In this document: one piece after another, positions 58,687 through 64,000 of the stretch
Numbering within the stretch: position 1 is the first letter of the stretch
How the letters are laid out: the number at the start of each line of letters is the position of its first letter
Assembly: GCA_963790825.1 (NCBI GenBank)
Contig: CAWBPM010000002.1
Location: 97,702-161,701, forward strand
Origin: Candidatus Levyibacteriota bacterium
GTDB lineage: Bacteria; Patescibacteriota; Microgenomatia; Levybacterales; UBA12049
DNA: 64,000 bases
Direction of reading: 5' to 3'
Made by a program: the position numbers and the translations under genes
Notes under the pieces: generated by a model
Database searches by the model: none
What the model saw: only the letters and a program-made list of their open reading frames with translations
Told to the model about the DNA's origin: nothing

Positions 58687-59862
58687 CTAAAGTTTCATAA
58701 TCCAGGCGAAGGTAGATTCCAACACTCCGGTTATTGAATAGCGTGGTTTTTTCTCTCCAACTTCCGTGGGAAAGGTTTTAATAGTATATACTTTTTTCCC
58801 GGATGTTTGCACACCGAGAACTTGCTCATTTGCGGACGGAGTTGCTAATAACGGATCACCTTTGGGTTTTACCAGGCTTGCAAAAGCCAGATACTCTTTG
58901 CTTGGATTACCATTCGCATCGAGAAAAGAAAATTTTCCAAATACTCCGCCGGCTTTCAGAAGAAAAGGAGTTATAGCGACGATTCCCGGATCTGACCAGA
59001 TAGTTTGAAAAGCCTGCGCGTAATAGCTTGCGCGTTGACTGTCAGATACCCCGTCACCCGACCAGCCGGTTTCTGTTATAAACACAGGTAATTTTTTATT
59101 ACTCATGCTTTCCAGAAGTTCCCTTTCATAGATAAAGCTTCCGATATTTTCATCTGTTGCAGTGGACGGAGGTTGCGTAAAACCCGGGTTTGGATAAGAA
59201 TGACTCGCTATTCCGTCAATTTGATTGAATATTCCGGGCACCGCTTGATTCATAGCCTCATAATAATCATATTCATTCATGTACAAATTTGGCTGATTTG
59301 GCGCTGCATTATCCATGCCAGCGCTGATTATAAAAAAGTCAGGGTTTCTGGATTTAAAAACAGTGACAGCGAAACTAAGAATTTGTGCATATTCCTGAGG
59401 ATTTGTCGATCCTCCCCATTCGTCTCGTCTGTTTACCTCATTAAAAACAATAACATAGCGATTTTTAGTCGGCCAATTCAGGGAACTCAGAAAATTAGCA
59501 AAATCAATAACATCATAGGAAGTAGGTTTTCTCCACAACTCTGTATTAAAATAGTCTCCTTCAGTTGCCAGGCGGATAATCGGAATAAGATGATATTTTC
59601 TACAGTTGTCCATGAAACTTTGCCATTTAAGCAAATCTTTATCTCCGGCTTGAATCGGAATAGTTACGTATCCCCAATCACCGCCACTGGTATTCACCAA
59701 GGCTGCCGCATCTTTAAGTTCAATGGGATTTAAGATATGTATTCCGAATTTGTTATTTGTTACCTGTTGAGGATCAACTATTGCAAAAACAAAAGAAACA
59801 CTAGACTGAAAAAGAAAAAAAATAAATAACGCTGCTAATAAACAATTTTGCAGAGGCTTCAT
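58687..59862 (-). CDS. secreted glycoside-hydrolase-like protein (clan GH-A TIM-barrel suspected)
   Basis: N-terminal signal peptide (LLAALFIFFLFQSSVSFVFA). VIVFNEVNRRDEWGG resembles the NE(P) acid/base motif of GH-A enzymes. 391 aa. Confidence 0.35.
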   Translation of the reverse strand: MKPLQNCLLAALFIFFLFQSSVSFVFAIVDPQQVTNNKFGIHILNPIELKDAAALVNTSGGDWGYVTIPIQAGDKDLLKWQSFMDNCRKYHLIPIIRLATEGDYFNTELWRKPTSYDVIDFANFLSSLNWPTKNRYVIVFNEVNRRDEWGGSTNPQEYAQILSFAVTVFKSRNPDFFIISAGMDNAAPNQPNLYMNEYDYYEAMNQAVPGIFNQIDGIASHSYPNPGFTQPPSTATDENIGSFIYERELLESMSNKKLPVFITETGWSGDGVSDSQRASYYAQAFQTIWSDPGIVAITPFLLKAGGVFGKFSFLDANGNPSKEYLAFASLVKPKGDPLLATPSANEQVLGVQTSGKKVYTIKTFPTEVGEKKPRYSITGVLESTFAWIMKL

Positions 59863-59960
59863 AGGTTATTTATTATACCATTTTTATAGTGAAAACTATG
59901 TGGTGAGTTGAAAAAATAAACCAATTGTAAGTAATTGTTAGATATTGTATTATAAGAGAG

Positions 59961-62198
59961 ATGAATGATCTACCTGAACTTTTAACACTGCGTGAGGCAA
60001 GTATTGTACTTAAAGTTCATCCAAACACGCTAAGACTTTGGGATGAGAAAAATATTCTGAAAGCAATACGGATTGGACAAAGAAAAGTACGTAGATATAG
60101 AAAAAAGGATATATTTAAGCTGCTGGAAGGAAATCAGAATAGTAAAAAACGCGACGACAAATCACAAGAGGCTATTCCTAAGCGGCAAGCTCTCGACAAT
60201 CTGGCAAATTATAAAGCAATAATTTTTTCTTCCCATGATGCAATTATTGGAAAAACACCGGACGGCATAATCACGAGCTGGAATCCTGCTTCTGAAAAAC
60301 TATACGGGTACACGGCAGCGGAAATTATTGGTAAATCAATTCTGACCATTTATCCTAAAGGACAAAAACAGGAGTTTTTGGAAATTATGCGAAAAATTAG
60401 ATCCGGAGAAAGAATTGATCACTACCAAACAACTAGAGTACGAAAAGATGGAAAAAAGATACATGTATCGGTGAGTATTTCGCCGGTTAAAAATCAAGAA
60501 GGAGTAATTGTAAATGTTTCGACAATAGCCAGAGACATAACCAAGCAGAAGCAGGTAGAAGAAAAGCTAAAGTTTCTAACTGCAGTTACAAAAGAGTTAG
60601 CCACATCAGTTCACAGTAGAGTAACGCTTAATAAAGTCCTTAGTGTTATTGTGCCATTTCTGGCCGATTATTGCAGAATAGCAATAGTAAATCACAAACA
60701 AACAGTTAAAGAGATTATTGTCGTCCATAAAGATCCGAAAAAACTTACTTTGGTAAAAAATCTCAATAAAAAATATAAGAATTTTCGCGAAACTTCCATG
60801 GGCATTCGTGGTCTGCTAAGAACGGGAAAGCCTCAGCTGTTGACTACTTTAAATAAGAAAATCCTTGAAAAATACCCGGTTCCTGATGATATACAAAAGG
60901 TTGTAAAAAAATTAAACCTGAAATCATACATGGGAATTCCACTTATCGTTCGGGGGAAGATAATTGGGGCAATGACCTTTTCATCTATTTCCGAGGACCG
61001 GCTCTATACTAATGAAGATTTGGAATTAGCGCAAGAGATCGGGAGACAAATTGCTCTTATGATCGATAATAACAGACTATACCAGGAGGCACTTCGGGAA
61101 ATAAGAGATCGGAAAAGGATTGAGGAAAAAATAAAACAGAACGAAGAGCGGTTCCGTGTTCTATTTGAGCACAGTGCGGATGGTATTACTATACTTGACA
61201 AGTCGGGAAAAAGAATATACGCAACACCCTCCAGAAAAAATATTCTCGGCTGGGACCCAAAGGAAGGTTATAAAGATAATATTTTCAAAATTCTCCACCC
61301 GGATGATGTAGTGAGAATAAAAAAAGATTTTGCGCAAGTACTCCAAAATCCCAAAGAAAGCATCACAACTACCTTCCGGGTTAGGCATAAAGAAGGGGGT
61401 TGGGTATGGGTGGAAGCTACGGGAACAAACTTACTGCATATCCAGATTATCGGGGGGGTGGTTATTAATTATCGGGATATTACTGAAAGAAAACAGATAG
61501 AAAATAGGAAAGATGATTTTATCAGTATGGCAAGTCATGAACTAAAAACTCCGGTGACATCAGTGAAAGCTTTTGCTCAAATACTGCAAAAACTCCCCGA
61601 GATACAGAATACAAAATCAAAAGTATACCTTGAAAAGATGGATACGCAGATTAATAAACTTACGAAATTAATTATTGATCTTTTGGATGTATCCAAAATT
61701 CATAAAGGCAAACTGGACTTTCGAGAGGAGAAATTTGATTTCGATCAGCTGGTTGAGGAAACCGTCGATACTATTTCGCAAACCGTATCGACCCACAGGA
61801 TACTGATTGAAGGGAAGACAAATAGCAAAATTATCGGTGATACTGATCGGATTAGTCAGGTGATTATTAACCTTTTAACAAACGCTGTTAAATACTCCCC
61901 GAAGGCGGATGAAGTTATCGTGCGATTGGCAAGAAGTAACAATACGGTAATCATGGCAGTCCAGGATTTCGGTATCGGAATCCCCGTGAATCATCAACAA
62001 AAAATATTTGAGCGTTTTTACCGAGTAAATGAATCTGAAGACAGATCTTTCGCGGGACTGGGAATCGGCCTTTATATCTCGTCTGAAATTATCAGTCGTC
62101 ATGGAGGAGAGATGTTTGTAAAAAGTAAAACAGGCGAGGGGTCAATATTTTCTTTTATATTGCCAATAAAACAAAAAAAGACACTAAAAACTGCGTGA
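59961..62198 (+). CDS. multi-sensor histidine kinase with N-terminal MerR/excisionase-type HTH (HTH-PAS-GAF-PAS-HisKA-HATPase)
   Basis: HTH: LTLREASIVLKVHPNTLRLWDEKNILKAIRIGQRKVRRY. PAS regions at ~85-200 and ~395-510, with a GAF-like segment between. H-box FISMASHELKTP. N/G boxes LLTNAVKYSP and GIGLYISSEIISRHGGEMFV. 745 aa, no TM helix. Confidence 0.7.
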   Translation: MNDLPELLTLREASIVLKVHPNTLRLWDEKNILKAIRIGQRKVRRYRKKDIFKLLEGNQNSKKRDDKSQEAIPKRQALDNLANYKAIIFSSHDAIIGKTPDGIITSWNPASEKLYGYTAAEIIGKSILTIYPKGQKQEFLEIMRKIRSGERIDHYQTTRVRKDGKKIHVSVSISPVKNQEGVIVNVSTIARDITKQKQVEEKLKFLTAVTKELATSVHSRVTLNKVLSVIVPFLADYCRIAIVNHKQTVKEIIVVHKDPKKLTLVKNLNKKYKNFRETSMGIRGLLRTGKPQLLTTLNKKILEKYPVPDDIQKVVKKLNLKSYMGIPLIVRGKIIGAMTFSSISEDRLYTNEDLELAQEIGRQIALMIDNNRLYQEALREIRDRKRIEEKIKQNEERFRVLFEHSADGITILDKSGKRIYATPSRKNILGWDPKEGYKDNIFKILHPDDVVRIKKDFAQVLQNPKESITTTFRVRHKEGGWVWVEATGTNLLHIQIIGGVVINYRDITERKQIENRKDDFISMASHELKTPVTSVKAFAQILQKLPEIQNTKSKVYLEKMDTQINKLTKLIIDLLDVSKIHKGKLDFREEKFDFDQLVEETVDTISQTVSTHRILIEGKTNSKIIGDTDRISQVIINLLTNAVKYSPKADEVIVRLARSNNTVIMAVQDFGIGIPVNHQQKIFERFYRVNESEDRSFAGLGIGLYISSEIISRHGGEMFVKSKTGEGSIFSFILPIKQKKTLKTA

Positions 62199-62380
62199 CT
62201 TTAGCAAGTTTCTTAACTTTACTGATACTAAGAAAATATCCCGTTCATTTTGTAAAAAAGATGTGAGCCATTCCTACCAGTTTTCGAACCGGTTTATGCC
62301 TATTTAATCAGAGTCTGTAAAACAATACAATATACTCAAATTACTATTTCTGAATATAAATAGATAATTATTTTAGGTTC

Positions 62381-62983
62381 TTATAAAATTACCTCAGTTT
62401 CCCCTTTTATATATTGACGAATTAACAAACTAATCAAAGTTTGATAGGCTATACCGTTTCTTTTAGCCTTAGCTTTAACTTTAATAAGATCCTCTAAATT
62501 AACCCTTAGAGTAATACTTTTAGTTTCTTGCAACTGCCTGAAGTTTTTAGCTGCTTCCAGAAACATTTCTTTAGTTGCTTCTAAATTAGGTGCATTCACG
62601 AATTCACCCTTGCCTATTGCATCCTCTATCTCCTGTTCATATTTGTTGAGTACTGCATTCATTTTTTGACACCCCCCCTTCATAAATTTATTTGTTAAAA
62701 TTCTACTTGGATAGATTGTTTTAAGAAAGATTACTTTCTTTTTAGGATCTATAATATAAGGTACAGCGTAGGCATAATTTTTTCTTTTTATTACCAATAT
62801 TCTTTGGTGAGCATATTTTTCATTACTATGTCTTAGGTCACCTAGTATTTTTTTTTCTTCGATAGCGACAATAACATCCTCAAATCCTATTTCTCTAGTT
62901 TCCTTTAACAATAAGTTTTTCTCTTCTGAGAATTCAATTCTATAGCCTTTGTAGCTCACAGAAACATTATACTCGCTGTACAT
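62381..62983 (-). CDS. BrnT-like toxin (DUF497, RelE fold) fused in-frame to BrnA-like antitoxin (RHH)
   Basis: N-terminal ~95 aa: YRIEFSEEKNLLLKETREIGFEDV...AHQRILVIKRKNYAYAVPYII...KVIFLKTIYPSRILTNKF matches the BrnT pattern (FEWDExKN...KHGVSFEEA...). C-terminal ~95 aa: ITLRVNLEDLIKVKAKAKRNGIAYQTLISLLIRQY matches BrnA. The junction runs through a C7/G7 homopolymer at 62667-62673. Confidence 0.55.
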   Translation of the reverse strand: MYSEYNVSVSYKGYRIEFSEEKNLLLKETREIGFEDVIVAIEEKKILGDLRHSNEKYAHQRILVIKRKNYAYAVPYIIDPKKKVIFLKTIYPSRILTNKFMKGGCQKMNAVLNKYEQEIEDAIGKGEFVNAPNLEATKEMFLEAAKNFRQLQETKSITLRVNLEDLIKVKAKAKRNGIAYQTLISLLIRQYIKGETEVIL

Positions 62984-63227
62984 ACTTTGTCAATACACGA
63001 AATGGACTAACATAGTCCAAAAAGCCTCCTAATATGCTCCAATATTTTGCACTGGAATCAGCTTCTAGCTTCACTCCAAGCGTGGAAAGCAGAATTATGT
63101 CCCGAGGTCAGTTCGTCTTTAGCTCCAACTGCCATGAGATATTAGAATCAGAAGATTAATTAAAGGAATAAATTCCAATTGAAAAGTATGTTCTTGATAG
63201 CTAGTCAGTTCTAGATAATAGTTTAAG

Positions 63228-63404
63228 TATGAGTTGGGAAAACGCCTCTACCATCCAGAAAGTATTAGCAGTTTTCTTATTCTTTTGTGCAGCCTTTGGA
63301 GTCTATTATTATTTTACATCTGGGAAGCAAGACTTTCATATACTCGGAACAGCCGGTCTTTTTATTATCTTTGGCATGATCGCACTTCGTTCTAAGAAGA
63401 AATA
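63228..63404 (+). CDS. small membrane protein (58 aa)
   Basis: MSWENASTIQKVLAVFLFFCAAFGVYYYFTSGKQDFHILGTAGLFIIFGMIALRSKKK has two hydrophobic helices. Coordinates +/-1. Confidence 0.3.
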
Positions 63405-64000
63405 ATTCATATCAATCATATTCTATGTTTGTACAGACTGGTCAAATTGAAGTAAGAATTAAAGAAAAAACATACTATATCTTCCAGACTTTCTCGATAG
63501 TTAGGACATTTTACGGCATATGTTGATGGAGCTGAGAGTCCAGGCATTAAGAATCTTGCACTTATTTCTGGACCATTTACACTACAGATTGGTAGTACCG
63601 AAAAGCATGAAGTACGCTTTCAGTTATTATTACCAGCAATAGCTATGGCTTTTAAGCACACTCCTGTGCAGGTATATATAGGTGATGCCTTGGTAAAAAC
63701 ATTTTAGTAAGAATACATTCTAACTTCCCCAATCCTTTGGAGAGTATTTCTGAATGAAGTTTATTCTTTTATATGAATTCAAATAGCTCATCATTGTGAC
63801 TCGAAGGCCTCACTGTTCGAACTAACTCTTGCTTGGCTTGAACGTTTAAGGAAAGTATATGGGCATGAAAATTGAGGTTACACAACACTGAGTTTGAGAG
63901 TACTACCAATCACGTTATTTGTAGTATAGTCTCTTTTTTGACATTATTACAGAATACCAATCTGACTGTTAATATAATTAAAATCATTAACTAGCTGTTT

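Noticed and set aside
63405-64000. ~600 bp with no ORF over 60 aa at the window end
   Set aside because: Could hold an ncRNA or decayed gene. No recognisable structure or motif was found by eye, so nothing was called.

Overview
This 64 kb window looks like bacterial chromosome from an AT-rich, small-genome lineage. The gene content and compact operons are consistent with Candidate Phyla Radiation/Patescibacteria, but that placement is an inference, not a database result.

Housekeeping block (1-26.5 kb), mostly on the minus strand: the F0 ATP synthase genes atpB/E/F and the start of atpH, dnaE, gatB/gatA/gatC next to MurT/GatD (lipid II amidation), htpX, lemA, polX, tRNA-Asp, a LysM protein, tRNA-Gly, rplS, yraN, uvrB divergent from lexA, a MazG-like protein, DedA and rsmI.

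Three regions stand out.

(1) 17.2-19.4 kb holds a CTP synthase gene (pyrG) with at least eight frame changes and an adjacent Nudix hydrolase gene in three frames. Single frameshifts also break tmk, acs, ppsA and a brnT/brnA toxin-antitoxin pair.

(2) 27.4-34.6 kb is a cassette-array-like accessory island. Small genes (an HExxH peptidase, two GNAT acetyltransferases, membrane proteins, a frameshifted tmk) are each followed by one of two structured repeat families. The repeats show compensatory base-pair changes, occur in both orientations, and fuse into mosaic junctions. A degenerate tRNA T-arm-like remnant sits at the left edge. No integrase is present in the window.

(3) 39.1-57.6 kb is a type IV pilus locus with a glycosylation cluster. 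In order: Hpt protein, receiver, pilB, pilC, three pseudopilins, a PilM/PilN-like fusion, then three pilin genes. Two of the pilin genes are byte-identical copies inside a perfect 567-bp direct repeat that brackets an inserted GT-C (ArnT/PMT-like) membrane glycosyltransferase; the third is a divergent variant. Downstream lie GT2, a methyltransferase, GT4, a large TPR-containing GT-C protein, a receiver, phosphomannose isomerase, a cupin and phosphomannomutase.

Also notable is a 745-aa sensor histidine kinase with an N-terminal MerR/excisionase-type HTH. No rRNA genes or CRISPR arrays were seen.
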